Under the pieces are notes generated by a model. It was not told the DNA's origin. It was given only the letters and a program-made list of their open reading frames with translations, and did no database searches. From positions 1 through 48,351 of the forward strand of contig NW_021834471.1 of NCBI RefSeq assembly GCF_006345805.1: 48,351 nt of DNA. Reading direction: 5' to 3'. Position 1 is the stretch's first letter. Every line of letters begins with the position of its first letter. The DNA is from Octopus sinensis. Lineage: Eukaryota. This document shows positions 1-11,832 of this stretch, in pieces. Made by a program: the position numbers and the translations under genes.

Positions 1-44
1 CATACATACATAAATATATATACACATATATATACATACATATG

Positions 45-76
<32 letters not shown>

Positions 77-2676
77 TGTGTGTGTGTATAATGGCGGTGC
101 CCCAGCATGGCCACAGCTCGTGATATATATATATATATATTATACATATATATATATATGTATGTGTGTGTGTATATATATGTATGTGTGTGTGTATATA
201 TATGTATGTGTGTGTATATATATATATGTATGTGTGTGTATATATATATGTATGTGTGTGTGTATATATATATGTATGTGTGTGTGTATATATATATGTA
301 TGTGTGTGTGTATATATATATGTATGTGTTTGTGTATATATATATGTATATATCTATATGTATATGTGTACATATATATGTATGTATATGTATATATATA
401 TCTATATATATATATATATACATACATACATGTATACAACGGTAGCGCCTACTTATAAACACGGAAAGAGCCCTAGCAGTCACTATTTATCGTATAAAGC
501 AATATGTTTATCTAGCTCCCCTCCATTTCGTATTGAGTTCCGTGTGAGATAACGTGTTATTAGCACACTCTAAACACACTCAGATATGTGAAAACAATAC
601 ACAATGTTATACACACGTGTGTACGTGTAATGTGTTTACACATATGTATGTATGTGTCTGTCTGCATGCATATATATATATATATATATAATATATATAT
701 ATAATATATTTATAAGCACACACTACTTCATCCACAAAGGTGAACACAGCGTATATATATACGTATACATACCCATCTATAGATATGTATTTCTCTTTCT
801 CTCTCTCTTCTACACACACACATATATATATCTATATATATATATAAGTATAGATGTATGTATATTTTTCCAAGTAGTGTATATATGTATGTGTGTGTAT
901 ATGTATATTTGTGTATATATATATAAATATGGGTGTGTGTGTGTGTGTGTATATATGTATATATGTGTGTGTGTATATATGTGTGTGTGTATATATGTAT
1001 ATATATGTGTGTGTATATATGTGTATATATATATGCGTGTGTATATGTGTATATATATATGCGTGTGTATATGTGTATATATATATGTGTGTGTGTATAT
1101 GTGTATATATATGTGTGTGTGGTGTGTGTTATGTGTGTATATATATATATATACAACATATTATAACTCATATCGGTCGTAAACGCCAGTGCGTTTATTA
1201 AATGCAGGGATATTATATATACAAAACACATTCGGTATGCATTCACAGATAAGTCGGTGAGTCGATGTGTATGTAAACGTATACACATATCTCAGTCTTT
1301 CACCATCGCCCCCCCCACACTAATTACACACACACACACACACATATATATATTATATATATAATATACATACATGTGTGTTTGTGTTCAGTTGCCCAAT
1401 AAAATTGCTTCTATGTTTATATATCCGTATGTGTTGGTGTGTGTGTGTGTGTGTGTGTCTTTTGCAACGGTGTGAAGTTGGTTGCGAAGAATTAAAGGAT
1501 TTCTTCGCCAGCTTTTTCCCCCCCATCCCACTCGCCCCAATATTCTGTAAGAACCATCAACGCCACCACCACCACCACAACCTAAACCATCACGGCCGCC
1601 TTCTTCGCCGCCGCCGCCGCCATCACCATCACAAGCAGTTTTACGGCATTCTCTCTCCCTCCCTCTCTCTCTCTCTCTCTCCCTCCCTCTCTCTCTCTCT
1701 CTGTTTTCGTCTTTACATCCGAGCCTGTATCTATGGTGATATCTCTTACGGAGGAGCTATTGCAAAATTTTTTTTATATTTTTATTTTTATTTTTGTTGC
1801 TGTATTTTTTTTATTTTTAGTTTTTTATTTATTCGTTTTATTGTATTTATTTATTTATTTATTTATTTGCCGATAATATCGTATATCGATCAATTCATGA
1901 TGTTAAATCGTGGCGACAATGATCGCCGTAGCAACACGCCCGCTCCATTGTGCGTGTGTGTGTGTGTGTGTCTGTGTGTGTGGTGTGTGTGAGTGTGTGT
2001 GTGTGTGTTCGCGCGCGCGTAGCAGAGGAAGCTGTGAGTGCGCGCGCACTTCAATGTACATCTTGTGTTTGTGTTGGTGTGTGTGTGTGTGTATATGTAT
2101 GCGGATCTGTGTGTGTGTGTGGTATAATATTTTCGATTTCCGTGCATGCGTGAGTGCGCGTGCGCACGTATGTGTGTGTGTGTGTGTGTGCATGTGTTTT
2201 TGTGTGTGTACGTGCTTACATTTCTTTCCAAACGTGTATGTGTACGTGTGTGTGTGTTTATGTGTGTGCGTAAATCTACGTACGTATATTTACTTCAATT
2301 TCTGCGCGTGCGTGCTCACATCGTAGTTTAATATCCTCGTCTGCGTATGCGTTCCTCTATATACATACATATATATATGTGTGTATATATATATATGTGT
2401 GTATAATATATATATATATATATGTGTATATATATATATATGTGTGTATATATATATTATGTGTATATATATATATGTGTATATATATATATGTGTGTAT
2501 ATATATATATGTGTATATATATATTATATGTGTCTATATATATATATATGCGTATATATATATGTATATATATATATAAATGTGTATATATATATATATA
2601 GATATATATATATATATATAAATTACTTATCTATCAACTAGTCTATCTATCTTATTTATCTATTTCTTCTATCTAT

Positions 2677-2726
<50 letters not shown>

Positions 2727-2783
2727 CTTACATATCTATCAACTAGTCTATCTATCTTATTTATCTATTTCTTCTATCTATCA

Positions 2784-2831
<48 letters not shown>

Positions 2832-3080
2832 ATATGTATATATATATAATGTATATATAAAATTTAACAGCGAAAACTGATCGGTACATTGGTAATCGTT
2901 ATTATTTCGTATATTCATTTGTGTTGCTTATTTTTTACACTTAGGTTTGTGCTGAGTTTTCATTTGAGAACACATTCTTTGTGGAAAATAGCGATTTTGA
3001 CGTCTATATCTAGCATATTGACCGTCCACTTGTAGTGGTCAGTCCTTTAAATTTTGTATATATATATACACACACACATA
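1..3080. repeat. Compound (TA)n/(TG)n/(CA)n microsatellite blocks interleaved with short unique segments
   Basis: Directly visible; includes (CG)n runs near 2010-2047. Confidence 0.95.
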
Positions 3081-3166
3081 CACATCTGTGTTGGAACGTG
3101 ATCGTGTGTGATGTCTGCGTTTGCACACGCTTATATGTGTAACTGTATACGTACGTATATTCTCTC

Positions 3167-3206
<40 letters not shown>

Positions 3207-3478
3207 ACGTGGAGTGTGCTTGTGTGTCTATGTTGCGTTAGAAATATCAGAATAATAAATAACACAGGGAGAGAGAACGAAGAAGCAAGCAGAGAGAGAA
3301 AGTCCAGAAAGGTTTTTTTTTTTCTGTATTAAAATTTTCGGTGGTGCCTTTTCATTCTCACCTAGCTTCCTTCTCTTCTCCTTACCAAATTCTATCTCGC
3401 CATCCATCCGTGTACATACTCACACGTAACAACGACAGCAGAGCAAGACATACACACACACACCACAAACGTACCACT

Positions 3479-3531
<53 letters not shown>

Positions 3532-4221
3532 CTTTCCATCAGCTTCGTTCGTTGAACGTTCTCGGTCTCGCTATGGCTGGCCTTGCATCCGTCACAGGAG
3601 GAGGCCGCCATTTCTGTGTCCTGCTGTTTTATTGCGGCAGGAGAGGAGAGAGACACATTACAAATAATCGATGCCAAAAACTCGATGTCTGATGTAATCA
3701 TTTCTCTTCTCTTCTCCTCTCCCTGTCTCCCCCCTCTTTTCATTCCCCCCTCTACACAAATACATCTCTTTCTATCTCTATCTCCATCTCTATCTCAATG
3801 TCGTTCGCTCTTTATCGTTTCCTCTTTCTCTCTCTCCCCATCAATCTCTTCATTTATTACTGTCTCTCTCTTTCACTCCCTCCTTCTCTCTCTCTCTCTA
3901 TCTCTACCTCTCCCTCTCACTCCTTTCCTTCCGTAAAACGAACGTCTGTTTTCGCTTTCATCATTATTCCTGCCGTTTTCTGTTTTTGTTTTTGTTCTTG
4001 CTTCTCGTGGTAGCCTATTTCTATATTTATTTATTTATAAACGAATAAATATTTATTTCTCTCTCATCTAACGAGTTCTTTAGTTTCAGTTTCACAAAAA
4101 TAAAAACGGGGTGGGATTGAAACAAAATGTAAAAGTCCTTTGAATCATCATCATCATCATTATCATCATCGTCATCACCATCATCGTTGTTTTTCTTATT
4201 ACTATTAAGTATTATTATCGA

Positions 4222-4466
4222 GGCGGTGAGCTAGTAGAATACGAAGCAATTCGGTGAAAAATGATCAGCGACATTTCTTACGGCTTTACGCTCTTAAGTT
4301 CAAATGCCGCCGAGGTTGACTTTGCATTTCATACGGGGTCGATAAAATAAGTACCAGTTGAGTACTGGGGGATGGGGATTATGTGCTCGAGTAACCCCCC
4401 TCCCCTCAAATTTACTGTCCTCGTGCCTAAATCGGAAATTATTATTACTGTTGTTGTTGTTGTTGT

Positions 4467-4516
<50 letters not shown>

Positions 4517-4920
4517 GCGAAGGTGGCAAGCTGGCAGAATCAGTAGCACGCGGCATTTCGTCCGTCCTTACGTTCTGAGTTCAAATTCCACCGAGGTCGA
4601 CTTTGCCTTTCATCTTTTCGGAAACGATAAATTAAATACCAGTGAAACACTGGGGTCGATGTAATCGACTAGCCCTCCTCCAACCCAAATTTCAGGACTT
4701 GTGCCTATAGTAGAAATGATTATTATTATTATGATTATTATTATTGTTAAGGTGGCAGCTGGTAGTTCTTAGTTCAAATTCCGCCGAAGTCGACTTTGCC
4801 TTTCATCCTTTCGGGATCGATAAAGTAAGTACCAGTTGAGTACTGGGGTCGATCTGATCGACTATCTCCCTCCTCACAAAATCCCGGCCTTATGCCTATA
4901 GTAGAAAGGATTATTATTAT
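4222..4920 (+). mobile_element. Three stacked older CORE-type tRNA-SINE copies (family A, tail type 1) separated by (ATT)n tails
   Basis: Each has a GGCGGCGAGCTGGCAGAA-like head, B-box GAGTTCAAATTCC, CORE-like GTCGACTTTGCCTTTCATCCTTTCGGGGTCGATAAA and tail ...CCTATAGTAGAAAGGATTATT. Confidence 0.85.
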
Positions 4921-5595
4921 TGTCATTTGGTACAAATAATAATCCGCTTCGATTTAATGGACAGGAGGATTCTCTCTCGCAACAAACATTCCTCGCCGAA
5001 GGTCTCTTTTGTTCTTCCGGTACATGGTCAATAAAATATATACGTGCAGTACAATGGGGCTTAATGAATTGGTTCCACTGCTCTCATTAATATTGCGTGG
5101 TTGCGAAGAAATACTGTCGGTACTCTCTGGCTCACAAGTCTAATTTTCCAGAACAAAATATTAAAGCAAAAAAAAAAAACCCACAGGCCGACTAATACAC
5201 CAAGACAACTTTGGAGAACGAAAAACTTTCGTATGAAGAGCAGTAGGATGTGGGAAGATAAATGACGATGTTTAAATATTTAACCCCGTATTTACATGAT
5301 ACTAACTAGAGATTTATTAGGCCTTATGCCTATAAAAGAACGGATTATAGGGTTTTCTACTTCGAGTTTAGCAGTTATAAAAAAAAATCGAATTATTTCA
5401 CGCTCTGTCAAAGTTTCTAAATTCTTATTACGTAATATATTATATATATATATTCGTATTGGAAGTCACTTGACCCTGTTATCTCCCCTACTGTGTCCCT
5501 CTTGCGTCTGACCACTGTCCGAAGTCAGGACGCCATGATAAACCGTTAGCTCCTACACGCATTTTTTTCTCTCCTTGTTTTTTTTTTTCTGTGTA

Positions 5596-5633
5596 TCTTT
5601 CTGTCGAAGAGCGTAGGCTCGAAACATAAAAGA
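5596..5633 (+). ncRNA. Degenerate minimal type-I hammerhead ribozyme fold, probably in a Penelope-like element remnant (approx. 5465-5720)
   Basis: Helix I TCTTT(5596-600)/AAAGA(5629-33); core CTGTCGA (consensus CUGANGA, 1 change); extra A; helix II GAGC-gtag-GCTC; GAAAC-ATA (consensus GAAAC-GUH, 1 change at a CpG). Confidence 0.55.
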
Positions 5634-5720
5634 CTTCTTCTATTCCTAAGCGCTATACTAATACATTTGTTTGTTTGTACTCCACCTGCCTTCGTCTTTT
5701 GTTTATTTTCGTAAACTTTC

Positions 5721-5758
<38 letters not shown>

Positions 5759-5961
5759 TGGTTTTATCATGGTTACCGATATAATTGTCATATATTATAT
5801 TTACAGATAAATTCCTCTATTTACATAATATCGAGGTCTCTTTCATTCTTTTGTTGTCTTGCCATTTTCTATCAATATGTATGTACGTACGTACGTACGT
5901 ATGTATACATCATAAGAACTGAGATTCTTCGAGATAACGCGAAATATGTGCGTGTCTGTGT

Positions 5962-5993
<32 letters not shown>

Positions 5994-6424
5994 TCGCGCG
6001 CGTGCGCCTTCGTATTTCTCACTTTTCGCATGTTTGTGTTTTAATTTAATCAAATTCGTTGTTATGGGAAACATTCTTGTACTTGTGTTTAATGAGGATG
6101 CACATTCCATCTAATGTATTCCACACACACACTTAATGGTGAGATGTCGGTCGGTCGGTCGGTCGGTCGGTGCAAAGTACGCCCACCAATCGCTCAACCC
6201 CACACTCACCATCGCCCTGACACGTCTTCAGACGCCTTTCTCTCCTTACGTTCGCTCGCGAGATTCTTTTCTGACATTTACGAATTAGCTTCCACTCGAG
6301 GAAGAATTCCTGCTTATCTTTGGCAGATCCGCGCTCGGAGAGTTTCAAACCAAATGCTTTCCTTAATTGATCTCTCTGAAATCACGTGATAACAATAATG
6401 CAAGCGATAGCAGCTGCAGCAGCG

Positions 6425-6695
6425 GGATTTGAACTCGGAACGTAAAGACGGTTGAAATGCCGCTTAGCATTTTACGATTCATTCTGTCAGCTCAAGGCCT
6501 GAAATTTTGGTGAAGGGAATGGATCGATTACATCGACCTCAGTGTTTCTTTCATTAGTACTTAATTTATTGACCCTCGAAGGGATAAAAGGCAAAGTCGA
6601 TCTCGTTGGAATTTGAACTCAGAACCTAAGGACAAACGAAATGCCGCAAATCATTTTTTTTTCCGGCGTGCTAACGATTCTGCCAGCTCGCCACC
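6425..6695 (-). mobile_element. Older family A SINE copies (fragment plus near-full copy)
   Basis: Reverse-complement CORE and head GCCAGCTCGCCACC. Confidence 0.75.
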
Positions 6696-6708
6696 TTTGT
6701 AATAATAA

Positions 6709-7054
6709 TAATCCTTTCTGCTATAGACACAAGGACAGGAATTTGGGGTAAGGGACAAGTCGATTACATCAACCTTGGTGGAATTTGAACTCAGAACGTA
6801 GAGGTAGACAAAATACTTATTTCTATTTCTTTACTACCCACAAGGGGCTAAATACAGAGAGCACAAACAAGGACAGACAAACGGATTAAATCGTTTACAT
6901 TGACCCCAGTGCGTAACTGGTACTTATTTAATCGACTCCGAAAGGATGAAAGGCAAAGTCGACCTCGGCGGAACTTGAACTCAGAACGTAACGGCAGAGG
7001 CAATACGGCTACGCATTTCGCCCGGCGTGCTAACGATTTTGCCAGCTCGCCGCC
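6709..7054 (-). mobile_element. Family A SINE dimer (head-body-tail2 | body-tail1)
   Basis: Junction variant AAAATACT-TATTTC-TATTTC at 6810-6829; the distal unit has an internal deletion and a type-1 tail. Confidence 0.8.
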
Positions 7055-7087
7055 TTTAATAATAAAAATAATAATAATAATAAAAAT

Positions 7088-7307
7088 GCTTTCAAATGTT
7101 GCCACAAGAGCAGCTACTTTGGGGGCGTCGATTGGGGTGTAAGTCGATTACGTCGGCCCCAGTGTTTCACTGGTACTCATTTTATCGACTTCGAAACGTT
7201 GAAAGGCAAAGTCGACCTCGGCGGAATTTGAACTCAGAACGTAGCGGCGGGCGATATACCGCCAAGCATTTCACTCGGCGTGCTAACGATTCTACCTGCT
7301 CACTACC
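7088..7307 (-). mobile_element. Older family A SINE copy
   Basis: CORE and B-box in reverse orientation, diverged head. Confidence 0.75.
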
Positions 7308-7314
7308 TTTATTA

Positions 7315-7341
7315 TGATGATAATAATAATAATAATAATAG

Positions 7342-7373
<32 letters not shown>

Positions 7374-7512
7374 GTAATGATAATAATAATAATAATAGTA
7401 ATGATAATAATAATAATAATAGTAATGATAATAGTAATAATAATAATAATAATAGTAATGATAATAATAGTAATAATAATAATAATAGTAATAATAATAA
7501 TAATAATAATTG
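7315..7512 (+). repeat. (AAT)n microsatellite with recurring AGT-AAT-GAT interruptions
   Basis: Directly visible. Confidence 0.95.
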
Positions 7513-7817
7513 TAGTAATCGTAGTGGCGTTTCTAGTTTTGGCACAAAGCCCACGAATTTATGAAGAGTGGTTTGGTGGAAAGCTAGATCGTGTCGATTA
7601 TTGGTAAGCGAAGCGGTAATAAAAGCAATACGAAGAAGATATTTCGCACGAAAGGATATGCAAATATCTTTTATCAAACGTCTCAGACAAATAAATAGAT
7701 AAATAAACAAAAAAAAAGAAAAGAAAAGAAAACACAGATAAATGTGGGTGAATAGGTATAATACGAGAGAGTAATAATATTTAGCACTGCGTGGAAATGT
7801 GTGTCTGTATGTATGTA

Positions 7818-7870
<53 letters not shown>

Positions 7871-7891
7871 ATATGTATGTATATATGTGAA

Positions 7892-8331
7892 GGCGCATGG
7901 CTCAGTGGTTAGAGCGTCGAGCTTACGATCGTGAGGTTGTGAGATCGATTCCCAGACCGGGCTGCGTGTTGTATTCTTGAGTAAGACACTTTATTTCACA
8001 ATTTTAGCATGTGACTTTGTGGTCAGGGTATTCGGCTCGCGATCATAAGGTCGTGAGATCGATTTCTGGCGGCGCGTTTTGTCCTTGAGCAAGACAACTT
8101 TATTTCACGTTGCTCCAGTCCACCCCAGCTGGCAAAAATGAGTCGGACCTGTAATACAAAAGGGCCAGCCATATCACATTCTGTGTCAAAATGAATCTCC
8201 CTCACAACTGCGTTAAAAGTAACACATGTCCACGGAATACTCAGCAGCCATTTTCACGTTAATTTCGCGAGCTGGCTGTTATGTTCGTCTGACCAACTGG
8301 AACACTCGTCGTCGTAACCGACGGGGTGCCA
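7892..8331 (+). mobile_element. tRNA-headed SINE family D with duplicated head
   Basis: A-box TGGCTCAGTGGTTAGAGCG; two similar head segments each ending in TTGAG(T/C)AAGACA(A)CTTTATTTCAC; then a unique body. Confidence 0.6.
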
Positions 8332-8366
8332 ATACATATTTTAGCGCAGGCGTTTGTGTATTGAAA

Positions 8367-8597
8367 GGCGGCGAGCTGGCAGAAACGTTAGCACGCCGGG
8401 CGAAATGCGTAGCCGTATTTCGTCTGCCGTTACGTTCTGGGTTCAAATTCCGCCGAGGTCGACTTTGCCTTTCATCCTTTCGGGGTCGATAAATTAAGTA
8501 CCAGTTACGCACTGGGGTCGATGTAATCGACTTAATCCGTTTGTCTGTCCTTGTTTGTCCTCTCTGTGTTTAGCCCTTTGTGGGTAGTAAAGAAATA
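8367..8597 (+). mobile_element. Young full-length family A SINE monomer (tail type 2) with target-site duplication
   Basis: TTTGTGTATTGAAA at 8353-8366 and 8598-8611 flanks GGCGGCGAGCTGG...GTGGGTAGTAAAGAAATA. Confidence 0.92.
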
Positions 8598-8815
8598 TTT
8601 GTGTATTGAAAGTGCTGCTGTGCTCCGTCTCCGAATGCAGGAGTCGACTTCTCATCAGGCGGTGTAGTAGCTCTGTAAGTGCTACACTGCTACTTTTACT
8701 AGTTTTGTTGATTTAATTGGTTGATTATCCTGATTTGAACATTATTCTAGTATTATGTGTAAATATTTTCTTCATTTCATGGCTAATGTGTTTCTTGTGT
8801 TGTGTTATTTTTCAG

Positions 8816-8961
8816 ACCAATTCATGATGCAGTGGAAAACGACCATCTGGAAATGGTACGGTTACTGCTAGCGTTCGGTGCGGACCCTCTCTTGACCACT
8901 TACAGTGGAAAGTCCCCGATAAAGATCGCCAGGTCAGGGAAAATGATTAACTTACTGAAAG
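8816..8961 (+). CDS. BCOR: BCOR exon (first visible; 5' partial gene): last ankyrin repeat (R)[48 protein letters not shown]
   Basis: Acceptor ttttcAG (8814-15) after a pyrimidine tract; donor G|gtaagc (8962). The peptide closely resembles the recalled BCOR third ankyrin repeat ([32 protein letters not shown]). Phase 2 start, phase 1 end. Confidence 0.93.
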
Positions 8962-9004
8962 GTAAGCAGGCAACTTTCTACATCCTCTTCCTCCTCCTCC
9001 TCCT

Positions 9005-9310
9005 CATCATCATCATCATACGACCTTTCTCCATGCTGGCATTGTTTGAACAATTGTCAGGAGCTGGAAATCCGGAGGGTTGCACCAATTTCTATGGCAT
9101 GGTGTCTACGGCTGGATGCCCTTCCTATCGCCAACAACTTTACGGAGCATACTGGATGCTTTTTACGTGAAGCCAGCACGGGTGCTCTTTAAGTCGCTCG
9201 GGCGCGGGTGTTTTTTTACATGGCGCCGGCACAGGTGGTTTTTTACCTGGTGTGGGCACGGGTGCCTTTTACGTGGCGTCGGCACGTTGCTTTTTACGTG
9301 GTGCTTTTTA
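9005..9310 (+). repeat. Unclassified interspersed family E (CATCAT start; GGATGCCCTTCCTA(A/T)CGCCAAC motif; internal TTTTTACGTG repeats)
   Basis: Related copies at 12394-12574 (+), 14356-14698 (+), 23957-24236 (+) and 24566-24767 (-). Confidence 0.75.
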
Positions 9311-9342
9311 CATATCTTGACTTATTTATCGATTATTTAAAA

Positions 9343-9602
9343 TCGTCCCCAGAACTTATTCTTTGTAAGCCTAGTGCGTTATTCTATCGGTCTCTTTTGC
9401 CGAACCGCTAAGTTACGGGGACGTAAACACACCCGCATCGGTTGTCAAGCGATGTTGGGGGAGTGGGGACAAACACAGACACACAAACATATACACACAT
9501 ACATATAAATATACACGACGGGCTTCTTTCAGTTTCCGTCTACCAAATCCACCGACAAGGTTTTGGTCGGTCCGAGGCTATAGTAGACACTTGCCCAAGG
9601 TG
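9343..9602 (-). mobile_element. Family B SINE, 5'-truncated
   Basis: Matches the full-length copies at 43394, 44232 and 47099 (CCTTGGGCAAG, GGAAACTGAAAGAAGCCCGTCG, GTAACTTAGCGGTTCGGCAAAAG). Confidence 0.8.
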
Positions 9603-10435
9603 TATTATTATTATTGTTATTGTTGTTATATAGTTCACCAACTGCTTTACACGTAAGGCACCCACCCGTATCTCCAAGTAGGAGTGGACTCTGAAATGAA
9701 TACACCACACGCCGATGTATTCATGTCAGTAGTAAGGTGATACCCTATAAATGGACCGGTGGAGACATACTCTCCACAACTATTATTCATACAACGTAAT
9801 CTTATCACTTTTAGCCATATACATCAATATACATTCCTCTCCCACAATGTTACATTTTTTCATTTACTCGTGTTCGTTTTTTACTTGTTGGTTATTGTTG
9901 GTTGTCTTTCATCTCGGCCGTCATTCATGTCTCGTCTACCATTTCAGCAACCCTTCCCTATTTCCCTAGTTTCTATATCCCCCAATATCCTTCACTCTTG
10001 TCGTTTTCGTGACCTGCCTTCTATATAAAGAACACCCTGACCTCTTTATTTCGCTACCTTTTTCGCACCAGTACTCCAAACCTGTAAGCGTTTAATTTTG
10101 TGTTGTTGTATATCGGGTGGGTAATTACACCAATAATAAGTACGTGCACTGGTTCTGTTTCACTTCTTTTGTTATTACTAGTCAGTAGGTTAACCCTTTA
10201 ACTAATTAGCTAATCAGTTCTTTTTATTAATCGTTCGGTTTGAAGTAGAGAGGGCATGGCATTGATGAGGTCGCGAAAGGGCTTTGACAAACATAGTCGA
10301 TTGATTGACATAGCGATTAAATCAAATAATCAGTTAGTTAATTGATTAATCAATTAGTTAATTGAAACGGGCCGCATGAGTCCTCATCAGGCGGGCCGTA
10401 CTCTTTTACTTGTTTCAGTCATTTGACTGCGGCCC

Positions 10436-10985
10436 CAGTGTGTCACTGGTACGCAATTTACCAACCTCGAAAGGATGAAAAGCAAAGTCGACCTCGGCGG
10501 AATTTTGAACTCAGAACGTAAAGACGAAAGAAATGCCGTTAAGTATTTTGCTCGGCGTGCTTAACCATTCTTATTTCTTTACTACCCACAAGGGGCTAAA
10601 CACAAGGAGACAAACAAGGACAGAAAAACGGATTAAGTCGATTATATCGACCCCAGTGCGTAACTGGTACTTAATTTATCGACGCCGAAAGAATGAAAGG
10701 CAAAGTCGACCTCTGCAGAATTTGAACTCAGAACGTAACGGCAGACGAAATACCTATTTCTTTATTACCCACAAGAGGCTAAGCACAGAAGGGATAAACA
10801 AGGACAGAAAAACGGATTAAGTCGATTATAACGACCCCAGTGCGTAACTGGTACTTAATTTATCGACTCCGAAAAGATGAAAGGCAAAGTCGACCTCTGC
10901 AGAATTCGAACTCAGAACGTAACGGCAGGCGAAATACGGCTACGCATTTCGCCCGGCGTGCTAACGTTTCTGCCAGCTCGCCGCC
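10436..10985 (-). mobile_element. Family A SINE trimer
   Basis: Two tail-2 units joined at the standard junction 10747-10760, attached to an older body through a different junction near 10570. Confidence 0.85.
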
Positions 10986-11633
10986 TTAAGCATCAAACTA
11001 ATAGTCTAAAAACTTCAGCACAACATTTTAGTGTCTTTGCCGCTTCTTCCCTTTCTGTCATAGTACCCTTTTCTATACCGTCATAGACGGGCGTCAGTAA
11101 TTCTATTCAGATCTCTTATTAATTTTCATATCGCTTGTAGCTTGTCTTTGGTTGTGTTATGATGTACGTACATACATACTTATGTGTGTTTGTGTGTGTT
11201 TCGTTTTATAGGTTTTATGACTATATATTTCAAATTATGCTTTAAATTATATATATATGTATGTATGTATATACACACACCTACTCACGTGCGTATTATA
11301 TATACATATATACACTCATGCGCACACAGACGTACTTGAAATTTTGATATATATATACTTAAAATTTTTCTTGTACATTTTTTATTCGCACCGCACACGT
11401 GCGAATGCATGTGTTTAACAAAATGTACAAGAAAAGATGTTGCATGCTTATATAAATATATAGACCTATCTGTGAGTATGTGTATACGCACATTCACACA
11501 CACATATATTTTTTTATATATATATGTACGTTTAGTTCTTTGCCCAGCACCATCCATTGTATTTCCATACATAACTAGTCGTATACAAATTATCTCTGCC
11601 ACTATGTGTGTATATTGTTTTTGTTTTTGTTTT

Positions 11634-11832
11634 TCCAGTTTCAGCTCTTGAGCTGTGGCCATGCTGGGGCACCGCCATTGTGGTGAAAGAGTACAGCAGG
11701 GATCACCACCCCCTGCCGGAGCCTCGTAGAGCTTTTAGGTGTTTTCGCTCAATAAACACACACAACGCCCGGTCTGAGAATCGAAACCGCGATCCTGCGA
11801 CCGCGAGTCCGCTGCCCTAACCACTAGGCCAT
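11634..11832 (-). mobile_element. tRNA-headed SINE family C head plus a shared GGCGGTGCCCCAGCATGGCC tail
   Basis: Minus-strand head ATGGCCTAGTGGTTAGGGCAGCGGAC...TTTCGATTC; homologous to 23625-23925. Confidence 0.75.

Noticed and set aside
42-2641. Many 60-200-aa ORFs rich in Y/I/C/V/H/T (also at 20550-21566, 27391-28485, 32072-33007, 41484-41997, 47468-48192)
   Set aside because: They are translations of dinucleotide and tetranucleotide microsatellites, which lack stop codons by chance.
6848-8512. Recurring peptides such as RQSRPRRNLNSERNGR
   Set aside because: Incidental translation of the SINE CORE/B-box region, with no consistent start or frame.
1-8815. Upstream BCOR ankyrin exons
   Set aside because: I found no segment encoding ankyrin-like sequence with matching phase-2 donor; the upstream intron probably extends beyond the window, although a very small exon could have been missed.
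10262-10290. TTGATGAGGTCGCGAAAG, minimal hammerhead-like
   Set aside because: Core C is mutated and there is no plausible helix I or cleavage triplet.
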